A stretch of 64,000 bases of DNA from Raja brachyura (Eukaryota): positions 31,558,001 to 31,622,000 of the forward strand of contig OY740813.1 of NCBI GenBank assembly GCA_963514005.1, in the 5' to 3' direction. Each line of letters starts with the position of its first letter. Positions within the stretch are counted from its first letter, which is position 1. Under the pieces are notes generated by a model. It had not been told where the DNA came from and did no database searches. It worked only from the letters and a program-made list of their open reading frames with translations. Made by a program: the position numbers and the translations under genes. Shown piece after piece: positions 46,824-59,179 of the stretch.

Positions 46824-47639
46824 TAATGAATACTGAGCGACAAACAAGGGACATATGAACACTTCTGCGAAAAGGAATGAATAATTTCTACTCGCCGCAA
46901 GATGTCACTACTTCATGAAATGAATTAATGGTAATAAAGACTGCAGCCTTAACTTGAATTATTTTAAAGATCGGGTAAAAAAACAAGAACTGTTAATGAC
47001 GAAGAAATGTCAAAGATGGACAGAAATAGAGGTTGCATACACTATTACTTATTGGATGAACACGACACAAAATACTGGAGTGAATCAGCGGCTCAGGTGA
47101 CAATATAACGAATATCATGCTTCATTTTAAAATTTACAAACTGCTGCATCAGCTGGAGGTATCTCCTTGGTTAGGAGGGGAAACCCACGACTCGAAATAA
47201 TTATTGACAGCTGGACCCTTTAGCAAAAGAGACTACGGTAGTGAAGCAAATTAGACTTTGAAATATTGGTTGCTAAGCATTATCCTGCTCAAATACTGAT
47301 TTTCATCCGTGGGTAGTAAAGAGCATGGGTGCTGCTGAGAACAGTGAGAATCAGGTGGAGATTCTGTCAAGGGTTACCCCAGTGGTAACGTCAGCGATGC
47401 CCACAAGTTATGTCTGAGACCACAGGAAAGAAATTGAACCTTCTATATCTACAATCTGCTGAAATCCCAATCCCTCCCCCAACAAAACTGTTTCATCCTT
47501 TAAAACACCATGGAAGGTGGTGAAAGTCTGTGTCCTTGCCTCCACCACCTGTTCAGACAGTCACTCTCACATTTGTATGGATTACCACCTCAAACCGCAC
47601 AGGAGAGAATACTACCAAACAATGAGAAGAGTTTAGGGG

Positions 47640-50600
47640 GAGGAGTTAACCCAATTGAATTTACCAATTAGGGACTACGTGAAGAAGAACCCTGTCTAGC
47701 CGCACGCACATCAATCTTCAAAGCATCGGTGTGAAATCACAGGTAATAGTGACTGAAGTACAATAGTAAGATGAGAGATGACAAGAACTACCAGATGACA
47801 TTTATGAGGGCTGGGAGTGGAGGGCACGTAGTCCCTCATCGTAACTCCTCATAAAATAACGATCAAACTTCAAACTGGTGAGTTCTTGTTTAATCTTACT
47901 ATTTTACTTTGGAGTCACGTGAGTAACTACGTGAAGATTTCAAAGCTCTGTGATTTCATTCCATAGATTCAAATCCCGGCGCCTCACTGCATTGATGGAC
48001 TCACAATAAGAAATTAATCAATAATGCATCAAACATAACATTGCTTGAAACGAATTAACGGTTTATTTTTAAAGAAACAATAGTATTCCCTTCTATTTCA
48101 GGGGAAACTATAAAACTGAACTTAAAACAGAATCAGCAAATACCCCCGATATGGCAATTGACTTATGATAAAATTTTTGGAACATCAGTTCACTAGACCA
48201 TCCTGCGGCCGCGAGGATATGGTCTATAGGGACGTCCATCGCCCTGGCCGCTGAATTTGATGCCGCCCTGGTGGAATGTGATTTAAATTTGTCAGTGTTA
48301 ATCCCTGCACCTGCTTTAACCACCTTGAAATAGTTTGAACCAACACCTTTCTATGGCTTTTTTTGTGGCTAATAAATAATGCTGATTCCTCTCCTCTTAG
48401 CCTCAATGTAATATAGAAACATAGAAACATAGAAAGTAGGTGCAGGAGGTGGCCATTTGGCCCTTCGAGCCAGCACTGCCATTCAATATGGTCATGACTG
48501 ATCGTCCGCTATCAATAACCCGTGCCTGCCTTCTCCCCATTTCCCTTGACTCCACTAGCCCCTAGGGCCTCCACTGCCCTCTGTGGCAGGGAATTCCATA
48601 AATTCACAACCCTCTGGGTAAAAAAAGTTTTTTTCTCAGTTCAGTCTTAAATGACCTCCCCTTTATTCTAAGACTGTGGCCCCCGGTTCTGGACTCACCC
48701 AACATTGGGAACATTTTTCCTGCATCTAGCATGTCCACTCCTTTTATAATTACTAGGCTTGTATTCACTGGAGTTTAGATGGATGAGGGGGAATCTTATA
48801 GAAACATATATGTTTCTATAAGATTCCCCCTCATCCATCTAAGCTCCAGTGAATACAAGCCTAGTCTTTTCACTCTTTCCTCATATGACAGAACCGCCAT
48901 CCAAGGGATCAATCTTGTGAACCTATGCTGCACTGCCTCACTGACTGGTGTACCAGGACACCCTGGTCTCGCTGTACCTCCCCCTTACCTAACCTAACCC
49001 CATTGAGATAATAATCTGTTTTTGCCACCTTGTTTTTGCCACCAAAGTGGATAACCTCACATTTATCTATATTTTACTGCATCTGCCACGCATCTGCCCA
49101 CTCATTCAACCTGTCCAGATCACCCTGCAACCTCCTAACATCCTCTTCGCAGTTCACACTGCCACCCAGCTTTGTGTCATCTGCAAACTTGCTAGTGTTG
49201 CTCCTAATTCCCTCTTCCAAATCATTAATATATATGGTAAACAGTTGTGGCCCCAACACCGAGCCTTGTGGCACTCCACTCGCCACTGCCTGCCATTCTG
49301 AAAAGGACCCGTTCACTGCTACTCTTTGCTTCCGGTCTGCCAACCAATTTTTTATCCATGTCAACACGCTACCTCCAATGCCATGTGCTCTAATTTTAGT
49401 CACCAGTCTCCCGTGCGGGACCTTATCAAAGGCTTTCTGAAAGTCTAGCTACACTACATCCACTGGCTCCCCTTCATCCATTTTACTTGTCACATCCTCA
49501 AAAAATTCCACAAGATTGGTCAAGCATGATTTCCCTTTCATAAATCCATGTTGACTTGGACTAATCCTTCTACTGCTGTCCAAATGCTCCATTATTACCT
49601 CTTTAATAATTGACTCCAGCATCTTTCCCACTACCAAAGTCAGGCTAACTGGGCTGTAATTCTGTTTTGTCTCTCGCTCCTTTCTTGAAAAGTGGGATAA
49701 CATTAGCTATCCTCCAATCCACAGGAACTGATCCTGAATTTATTGAACGTTGGAAAATGATCACCAATGCGTCCACTATTTCTAGAGCCACCTCCCGGAG
49801 GACCCTGGGATGCAGACCATCAGGCCCAGGGGATTTATCATCCTTCAATCCCATTAGCCTCCCCAATACTATTTCTTGCCTCATGAAAATTTCTTTCAGT
49901 TCCTCTACCCCCTGAGATCCTCTGTCCTCCAGTACACCTGGGAGAACGTTTTTGTTCTCCTTAGTGAAGACAGATCCGAAGTACCTATTCAACTCTTCTG
50001 CCATTTCCTTGTTGCCCATAATAATTTCACCCGTGTCTGCCTTCAAGGGACCCACATTTGACTTTGCTACCATTTTTCCCTTAACATATCTAAAGAAGCT
50101 TTTACTGTCATTCTTTATATTCCTGGCCAGCTTCCCTTCGTACTTCAACTTTTCAGCCCGTTTTGCCCGTCTTGTTTCCTCTGTTGTCCTATGAAAGTTT
50201 CCCAATCCTCCGGCTTCCGGCTACTCTTTGTTGTGTTATACATCTTTTCTTTTAGTTTTATTCTATCCCTAACTTATTTTGTCAGCCACGGTTGCCTCCT
50301 ACTTCCCTTTGAATCTTTCTTTCTGTTTGGAATGAAATGATCCTGCGTCTTCCGGATTATGCCCAGACATTCCTGCCATTGCTGTTCCACCATCATTCCT
50401 GCTAGGATCCCTTTCCAGTATACTTTGGCCAGCTCCCCTCTCATGCCTTCATAGTCCCCTTTGTTCAACTGCATCACTGCCACTTCCGATTTAACGTTCT
50501 CCTTCTCAAATTGCAGATTAAAACTAATCATATTATGATCACCAAGCCGTTCCTTTACCTTGAGTTCTCTTATCATATCTGGTTCATTGGACAACACTAA

Positions 50601-52842
50601 ATCAGGAATTGCCTTTTCTCTGGTCGGCTCCATTACAAGCTGCTCCAATAATCCATCTCGGAGGCATTCTACAAACTCTCTTTCTTGGGGTCCTGAACCA
50701 ACCTGATTTTCCCAGTCTACCTGCATATTGAAACCCCCCATCACCACAGTGGCATTACCTTTGTTACATGCCAGTTTTAACTCCTGCTGCAACATCCACC
50801 CTACATCCGGGCTACTATTTGGGGGTCTGTAAATAACACCAATTACTGTCTTCTTGCCTTTACAATTCCTCAACTCAATCCACAGTGACTCTACCTCATC
50901 AGTCCCTATGTCTTCCCTCGCAAGGGACTGAATTCCATTTCTCACCAGCAGAGCTGCCCCGCCCCCCTCCTCTGCCCACCTGCCTGTCATTTCTATAGTA
51001 TGTATAACCCTGAATATTAAGTTCCCAGGCCCGATCCTCCTGCATAACACCCTTTGGAAATCAGCTGTTTTGCTGTCTGAAAGGTCTCCATTTTGAAGTG
51101 TCTATACTGTACAAAAGGGTTAAGGCTCCTCAGGTCCAGAATGATTCTACATCCCCCATCCTTTTTCAACCTAGGAAATATATTTGATACATACTGGTGG
51201 AGTTGACAAACCGACTTCTCAATCACCCCTTTACTGCATAATACCTCAAGTTCTGCCTGTATCTGCATATTCTCTCCATGTGAGAAAATGAGTGTCCGAC
51301 TTGGAACGTGCTGTGGACACAAATTGGGGTAGAATTCACTTCAAAACCCTTCTATACTACACAGCACAAACGGATCTGATGTTATCTCCTGCCATTCTTT
51401 TAGGAACAAGTGTAACCTGCCCCCAAATTGAACATCTTTCCAACTTAATTTGATTCTACCAGGAGCAAAACCACTGACCTGCACTTGTTGCCCCCTGTTC
51501 CTCGTGGGAAAATTCATCCTTCCCCATGTTGCTGTGGCAGGTTGCCAGCTTCATATGTTCGTGAATGAACAGCTCGTCCCTTCACCAGCCCCAGTCATTG
51601 CACCCCGTCGATAGGGGAATAGCCTCCAACCCATTTTGCTGCTTGTTGGCACTTTTATTAACCCCACAGTTTTTGCCTCATCTTCAAGTTCTTTAACTTG
51701 CTTTGCGAGGTCCTCCACAAATAGCAGATTAGGCAACTGTACATTGCTAGGCTTACAGAGCGAAGCAAACTTAGGGTGAATATTTGGGCATATGGCACTC
51801 TTCTTAAGCAGTTCACCTCAAAGCATCCTGATGTGCTTCTGATAGGTTCCCCTCATCCACCATTCTGGTGAACGCAGTAATACCTGCAGCAAACAATTTC
51901 AGCACCTGCTGAAGTTTTAGCTCTTGTGCCCGAACTGCAATCCCCATTTGTCCCCATATAACATGGTTCACCACCGGCACCTTCAATAAGGCACGGTCAA
52001 CCGGGGTTTCATATTTCCTAATAGTATCATCCAGTACCAGCTCTTGAAGCTGATGGGAGAGAAAATAATTTATGCTTGTGGACAACTGTTGCCCCAATGG
52101 CTCTCCTGCTTCTGTGGGAATGGCAAATTTTGCAGCCAAATCAGGTATTGTAACCTCATGCCCTTCACCCGCTGGGTGTTCACCCACTGGATCGGCGTCA
52201 GTATACCCCTGACCCGTCAAGCTCTCCTCATCCATGAGGGAGTGATCAAGCAGCCCTATTACAGGCGCTGCTGGCACAGGCTCTCCATCAGCCCGGCGTG
52301 GACACCACTCGTACTCCCAGAGTGCAGCCCTTGTGAGTATCCTCTCCAACAGGACCTCGATTTCATTGAGCTGTTTAGAAATGGTCTCCCCTTGCGGAGG
52401 TGACTCCTCCTGGCCCGACTTGGAGTCAATGGGCCTCGCAGACTTCGAAGTGGCGTTACGCCCCACTGGCGCGGCAACGCTGCTCACAGGCAATGTGTCT
52501 GCAGTCGTTAACCCCCCTGTTAACGATGATATATGTGAGCTAGGCGGTCACCCACTACCCACACTCCCGCGGTCTTCCAGATGTTTGCTAGCGGGTCGCC
52601 CCCTTTCACCTTCGGAGCTTTCTGCATTTTGGTACTAGTACTGAACTGAAACCAAGGGTACCTACAGAAAGCAACCTCCAAACTAAGTTCAGCACTTACC
52701 TCGAGGTTTTTTAAACTTACCACTGGAGGAGCACTGCTACTTCATCTGGTAGCTGCACCATGCGTCCAACGTAAATAACGCGCGTGCAGCTGGACGGGGT
52801 TCTTCTTCACGTAGTCACTCACGTGACTCCGAAGTAAAATAA
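47640..52842 (-). mobile_element. DIRS-like tyrosine-recombinase retrotransposon interrupted by a CR1
   Basis: YR C-terminus (FKSHSTRAAS...ILAAAGWSSELMFQKFY, 48108-48430), RT fragment (SNIFPRLKKDGGCRIILDLRSLN, 51017-51322), gag-like ORF 51551-52493. Inverted terminal and internal complementary repeats: 47673-47710 and 47900-47935 versus 52781-52840. Confidence 0.85.
48414..51041 (-). mobile_element. CR1 LINE (family A, endonuclease and RT) inside the DIRS element
   Basis: ORFs 50274-51050 (GVIYRPP, GGFN, LGDHNMI), 49645-50205 and 49074-49403 ([16 protein letters not shown]); GAAACATA tail at 48414. Confidence 0.9.
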
Positions 52843-52844
52843 TA

Positions 52845-55060
52845 CTTTATTAGCCAAGTATGTGTTGTAACATACAAGGAATTTTATTTGCAAAGTCAGT
52901 TATGCAAATAAAAAGCAGAGCACACAAAATATATTTTAACATAAACAACCACCACAGTGACCTCTCCACATTCCTCACACTGATGAAAGGCAAAAAAATG
53001 TTTGATTTCTTCCCTTTGTTCTCCCGTGGTCGGGGGCCTCGAGCCTTCCGCAGACGAGGCGATCTTATTCCCGGAGTGGACGGTGGGCCCTCGCGTCGGG
53101 GCGATCAGATCCTGCATTGGGGGACTCAGCTGCCCGTGCCGAGCGATCTGACCCCGGGTCAGGGCTATTGAACCTTCCGCGATGGTAAAGTCTGCAGGCC
53201 GCGGTTGGAACAATCCCAGGCAAGGGATGCAAGTCCACGCCTCGTGGAGGGGCTCATAGTCAAGGGGGCTTTTCGTCCCCTTTCTTTATTATTTCCATCC
53301 ACCTACTCCCCATACATTGCACGCACCATGCCCCCTCCACCATCTGGTCTTCATCTCTCCAATTATCTCCTTGTTCAATTAGCTGATTCCAGCACCTGTG
53401 GTATATGTGTCCACACTTATCACCCTCCAACCTCTATCAACCTTCACCCTTCTCTTCCTCCACCTGCCTCTATCTGCCATTTTTTAATTTTTCTAATTCC
53501 ATCATCATTCACCACTCCTTCGTTCACTTGTCAGTCATGAGCCCTTGTCTCGCCTCTCCCCTCCTCTTTATTTTGGCAATCTTCCCTCTTTACTCCATCC
53601 TGATGCAAACACTCGATCCAAAACATTGACAATTCCTCCCACGCCATTTCTACCCAACAGATGCTGCTTCATATGCTGAGTTCCTGCAACAGAATGATTT
53701 TTGTTTTAGTTTGCAGTCTGCATGAGTCTGTTGGAGTACCTTTCAAAATGTTTTAATACATTTTTAGGATCAAGGCAGCACCAACCTTAGTTACAAGATA
53801 CATTTATTTACTAGATACATTATTATTTTACTAGAATGTTGCCTGGGTTCCAGCAACTAAGTTACAGAGAAAGGTTGAACAAGTTAGGTCTTTATTCTTT
53901 GGAGCGCAGAAGGTTAAGGGGAGACTTGATTGAGGTCTTTAAAATGATGAAAGGGATAGACAGAGTTGACGTGGATAAGCTTTTCCCATTGAGGGTAGGG
54001 AAGATTCAAACAAGAGGGCATGACATGAGAATTGAGGGACAGAAGTTTAGGGGTAACATGAGGGGGAACTTCTTTACTCAGAGAGTGGTGGCTGTGTGGA
54101 ATGATCTTTCAGCAGAAGTGGTGGAGGCAGGATCGATTTTAACATTTAAAAGTAAAGTGGATAGGTATATGGACGGGAAGGGAATGGAGGGGTATGGTCT
54201 GAGTGCAGGTAGATGGGACTAGGGGAAAATAAATGGTCGGCACGGACTGGAAGGGCCGAGAGGGCCTGTTTCTGTGCTGTAATTGTTGTATGGTTATTTG
54301 TCACATGTGCCAGTTGGCACAGTGAAATGTGATTACCATACAGCCATACAATAAAATAAAGAACACAACAATAAAGAGTTCAACATAAAAACATCCCCAC
54401 ACAGCAGAATCAAAGTTCCCACTGTGAGGGAAGGCACCAAAGTCAGTCTCTTCCTCTAATGTTCCCCAATGTTCACCCGTGGTCGGGGCCTCCCCGAGCC
54501 CTCTGCAGTCGCCGCTACAGGCGGCCCGATGTTCAGGCCCGCTCGCTGTAAGTTTGACGTCGGGGCTGGGGGACATCCTCAGCGACCTGGACATCAGAGT
54601 CGGCCACCTCCTACCGGAGTCCACGGCTCCCAAAATCCGCAGGCCGCGCTGGGCGGAGATGCAGCGCTGGCGGCCCTCAGCAAAGGGCCCCAGGACGCCG
54701 CGACGATGGTCAGCAGCGCCCGCATTGGAAGCTTTCCCAAACCGCTGCTCCACGATGTTGGATCAGCCGCCCAACGCTCCGGAGCTCCAAATGGCGATCC
54801 AGGTAGGCATTGCCCGCTCCGCGGTGAATCCAGCGCTGCGCCGGCGCTGTTGTAGCTCTGGTCCGGTTCCCTGTCCCCGGCAGGAAAGGCTGCTCCAATC
54901 CAGGTGGTAGACCGCAAAGAGGGAGGCGAGGACGCTACTCGAAGAAATAGTCGCGTCCCCACCAGGAAGCGACTGGGAGACAGTTTCCCCCTTACCCTGT
55001 TCCCCCCCCCCCCCCAACAGAGAAAAGTCAAAGATTCCCCCAAAAACAGACTTTAAACTA
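52845..55060. mobile_element. Mixed LINE debris (Rex1/Babar-like 3' ends, a Penelope fragment, and a + strand CR1 family B fragment at 53825-54297)
   Basis: The CR1 ORF at 53836-54222 is clear. The flanking GC-rich segments 52845-53260 and 54301-55060 resemble each other and LINE 3' ends. Confidence 0.5.
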
Positions 55061-55249
55061 ACTAAAAATTTAAAAAAATTGACAGGATAGTTGAGGGCTT
55101 TGAGTTCTTCCTAAAGATGGCTGATCACTTTACATGGGTACAGGGCATGTGAGAAGTAGGTAACTCAGCAGACACTGCTGAAACTGCAAATAATGAATTT
55201 ACATGAACTGTAGTTTCCAAAATCAATGATTGGAGGTCTATTAAATTTA

Positions 55250-55880
55250 TCAGAATCAGAATCATTCAGAATCAGAATCAGAATGCCTTTTATTGTCACT
55301 ATACACATGTACAATGAGATTAAAAGCTGCTCCTACTCAGTGCAAAACAGAACAATAAAGGGGGGGGGGGGGGGGAATGAGGTGCACAGTTTCTGCAGCG
55401 CTATATACATATCTATAAAAAGACAATGGATAAATAGAATGGATAAATAGGATTCCTATATCCAGTATGGGTTATTGCACATATTGGAAATTACAGTTAC
55501 AGTACAAATTACAGTAGGTGGATAGATGAAAGGCCGGGGGTTAGGCTGTGAGTCAGTGCATGTGCGAGTTCAGGGAGATAATGGATTTTGGAAAGAAACT
55601 GTTCTTGAGTCTATTTGTCCTTGTGCTGATGCACCTATAGCGCCTCCCTGAGGGTAGCAGGTCGAACAGGCCAAACGCAGGATGGGAGCTGTCCTTGATA
55701 ATGTTCTTCGCCCTGCTGAGGCAGCGGGAGGTGTAAATATCCATCAGAGAGGGGAGAGGGCAGCCGATGATCTTCTGTGCTGCCCTAACTACCCTCTGAA
55801 GCCTCTCCCTGTCTGCCTTGGTGCAGCTGCCGTACCATGCTGTAATGCAGTATGTCAACAGGCTCTCAATAGATGAGCGG
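55250..55880 (-). mobile_element. Rex1/Babar LINE 3' fragment
   Basis: TYCITAWYGSC...LQRVVRAAQKIIG..LPSL...DSSHP...LLPSGRRYR...RLKNSFFP; (ATCAGA)n tail at 55250-55283. Confidence 0.85.
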
Positions 55881-56757
55881 TATTTAACTATTAAAATTGT
55901 TGATTTGCATCTGATTCCTCAAACAAAAATAATACAATATCTATACTTGAAGAGGAAACCCTAATATATGGACCAGTAAATGTGACTCCAGTAATGTGAT
56001 ATAATTGGCATTGATCCATGCATCATGTCAGAAGGGTCTAGCAGGATAACCACATGTACAGTGAGGCTGTATTCATTTGTTTAAAGGAACAACCACCCCC
56101 TTTTCACATCAAGAAATTACAACATGTATACAATGGTAAACATTTATACTATTAACAATACAAGTTATTTACGAGAGAGTTGGATAGAGCTCTAGGGGCT
56201 AGTGGAGTCAAGGGATATGGGGAGAAGGCAGGCACGGGTTATTGATAGGGGATGATGAGCCATGATCATATTGAATGGCGGTGCTGGCTCAAAGGGCCAA
56301 ATGGCCTCCTCCAGCACCTATTTTCTATGTCTATGTCCAAGTTAGAACTATTAAAAAAAAGTGGAAAATTAGAATATAATCGCTGCTAAACTGAAAGAAG
56401 TTTGCACTCTCTGAATCTCAATTTCCCAACTTCTCTCTCACTTATGTATTGATGAAATTCAGCCAGGTCTTCAGGTGCCAAAACCATTGCAAAGGTACGC
56501 CCTTTTTTTTCTGAGGCTCTGATCTCTGGTCCTATACTCACCCACTAGTGGAAACATCGTTTCCACATTCATTCAACCTAGGTCTTTTATTATTCGGTAA
56601 GTTTCAATGAGGTTTCTCTTCATCCTTCTAAGCTCCAGCTAGTAGAGGCCCAAGCCGTCAACCACTTCATCACATGTTCACCCAGTCATCCCCACGTTCA
56701 TTCTCATAAACCTCCTCTGGACCCTCTCCAACACCAGCACATCCTTCCTCAGATATA

Positions 56758-57060
56758 GGGTGGCATGGTGGTTCAGAGGTAGGGTTGCTGCCTTACCACA
56801 CCAGAAAACCAGGTTCAATCTCATCTACGGCCGCTGTATGAACAAGGTTTGCACGTTCTCCCCATGACATGCTGTGAGATCTTTGGTTTCCTGCCATACA
56901 TCAAAGACATGCAGGTCTGTAGGTTCATAGTCTTTGGTAAAAATTGTAAATTGTTCCTAGTGTGTGTTGGATAGAACTAGTTATTGGGTGATGGCTGGTC
57001 GGCACGGACATGGTGGGCCGAAGGGCCTGTTTCTGTACGGTATCTCTAAAATAAAAAAAA
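56758..57060 (+). mobile_element. HE1-like V-SINE
   Basis: tRNA-like head (ggtggcatggtggttcag...ggttcaatc), V-SINE core (gtttgcacgttctcccc...ggtttcctgccatac..aaagacatgcagg) and a CR1-derived tail (gggccgaagggcctgtttc). Confidence 0.75.
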
Positions 57061-57082
57061 CTAAAACTGCACACACTTCACT

Positions 57083-57727
57083 TAGCAATGTCACAAAATT
57101 TTGAGATTTTAAAAATCAAGTCTGCAATTTATCCCATCAGATAAAGCATTAAAAGAATTTAATATAACATAATTTTTAAATCTCATTTTCATGAATTTCT
57201 GGGCCAAATGGAAGGAATTTAGTGTTTAATGCCTGTAAATTAATTGCCATTTAAATCAACTAGCGAGTGGGTTTTAGTGGAATGCGGTGGATTGGAAAGT
57301 TGCGGTTTGCGGTTTAGTCGGGAGGAAAAATACTGTTGGTGCATAAATTTTTTTTGGACCCCATTTCGCAACATGAAAATATTATTAAAGCCTCCATAAA
57401 AACCAACTTTTAATATAAAAATAAACTGTGTACCTTTTTTTCTCCCCTACGCAAAATCCTTCCTGTTGTCGGCGCTCACGGCTTTTGAAGGTGATTTTTA
57501 AATTACTCTAGATAATAAATAATCTAGCGTAATTTAAAAATACCTTCATTAATGAAATGTCGAAGCGATTTTTCTTCCGCAACGAAATTGCCCGACATGG
57601 ATCGATTTGCCCAGTCTGTAGAAAAACGGCACTTTAAGCCCGCCCCCCACTGAAAGGCGCCAACGTCACGCACACGGGGAGCGGCAGAACTGCAGTGTTC
57701 CTCAAGGTAAGTTTTGTAACATACCTA
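57083..57727 (+). mobile_element. 7-bp-TSD DNA transposon, copy 3 (internally deleted)
   Basis: Same TAG...CTA termini; flanked by CTTCACT (57076-57082 and 57728-57734); lacks about 385 bp relative to copy 1. Confidence 0.9.
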
Positions 57728-57768
57728 CTTCACTGCTCACTGCCTCCCAGGAAATCCGGTCAGCCTTA

Positions 57769-59087
57769 GAAACATAGAAACATTGAAAATGGTGAAGGAG
57801 TAGTCCATTCGGCCCTTTGAGCATTTAATATGATGATGGCTGATCATCCAACTCAGTGTCCTGTACCTGCCTTCTCTCCATACCCTCTGATCCCTTTAGC
57901 CACAAGGGCCACATCCAACTCCCTCTTAAATATAGCCAATGAACTGGCCTCAACTACCTTCTGTGGCAGAGAATTCCACAGATTCACGACTCTCTGTGTG
58001 AAAAATGATTTTCTCATCTCGGTCCTAAAAGACTTCCCCCTTATCATTAAACTGTGACCCCTTGTTCTGGACATCCCCAACATCGGGAACAATCTTCCTG
58101 CATCTAGCCTGTCCAACCCCTTAAGAATTTTGTAAGTCTCTATAAGATCCCCCCTCAATCTTCTAAATTCTAGCGAGTACAAGCCGAGTCTATCCAGTCT
58201 TTCTTCATATGAAAGTCCTGCCATCCCAGGAATCAGTCTGGTGAACCTTTTCTGTACTCCCTCTATGGCAAGAATGTCTTTCCTCAGATTAGGGGACCAA
58301 AACTGTACGCAATCCACCAGGTGTGGCCTCATCAAGACCCTGTACAACTGCAATAGAACCTCCCTGCTCTTATACTCAAATCCTTTTGCTATGAATGCTA
58401 ACACACCATTCACTTTCTTCACTGCCTGCTGCACCTGCATGCCTACTTTCAATGACTGGTGTACCATGACACCCAGGTCTCGTTGCATCTCCCCTTTTCC
58501 TAATCGGCCACCATTCAGATAATAGTCTACTTTCCTGTTTTTGCCACCAAAGTGGATAAACTCACATTTATTCACATTATACTGCATCTGCCATGCATTT
58601 GCCCACTCTTCCTATCCATGTCACCTTGCAGCCTCCTAGCATCCTTCTCACAGCTAACACTGCCCCCCAGCTTCGTGTTATCCGCAAACCTGGAGATGCT
58701 GCATTCAATTCCCTGATCCAGATCATTAATATATATTGTAAATAGCTGGGATCTCAGCACTGAGCCTTGCGGTACCCCACTAGTCACTGCATGCCATTCT
58801 GAAAAGGACCCGTTTACTCCTACTCTTTGCTTCCTGTCTGCCAGCCAGTTCTCTATCCACATTAATACTGAACCCCCAATACCGTGTACTTTAAGTTTGT
58901 ATAATAATCTCTTATGTGGGACCTTGTCAAAAGCCTTCTGAAAGTCCAGATATAATACATCTACTGGTTCTCCCTTATCCACTCTACTAGTTACATCCTC
59001 AAAAAATACTATAAGATTCGTCAGACATGATTTACCTTTCATAAATCCATGCTGACTTTGTCCAATGATTTCACCACTTTCCAAATG
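57769..59087 (-). mobile_element. CR1 LINE 3' half
   Basis: ORFs 58572-59084 and 57853-58587 with RT motifs; GAAACATA tail. Confidence 0.9.
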
Positions 59088-59179
59088 AGCTAGAGTTCAG
59101 CGAAACAATCGCCGAGTCTACGCTTGGCCTCGCTGTTGTACAGGAATGCACATCTGGAGCACCGGATGCAGTAGATCAA

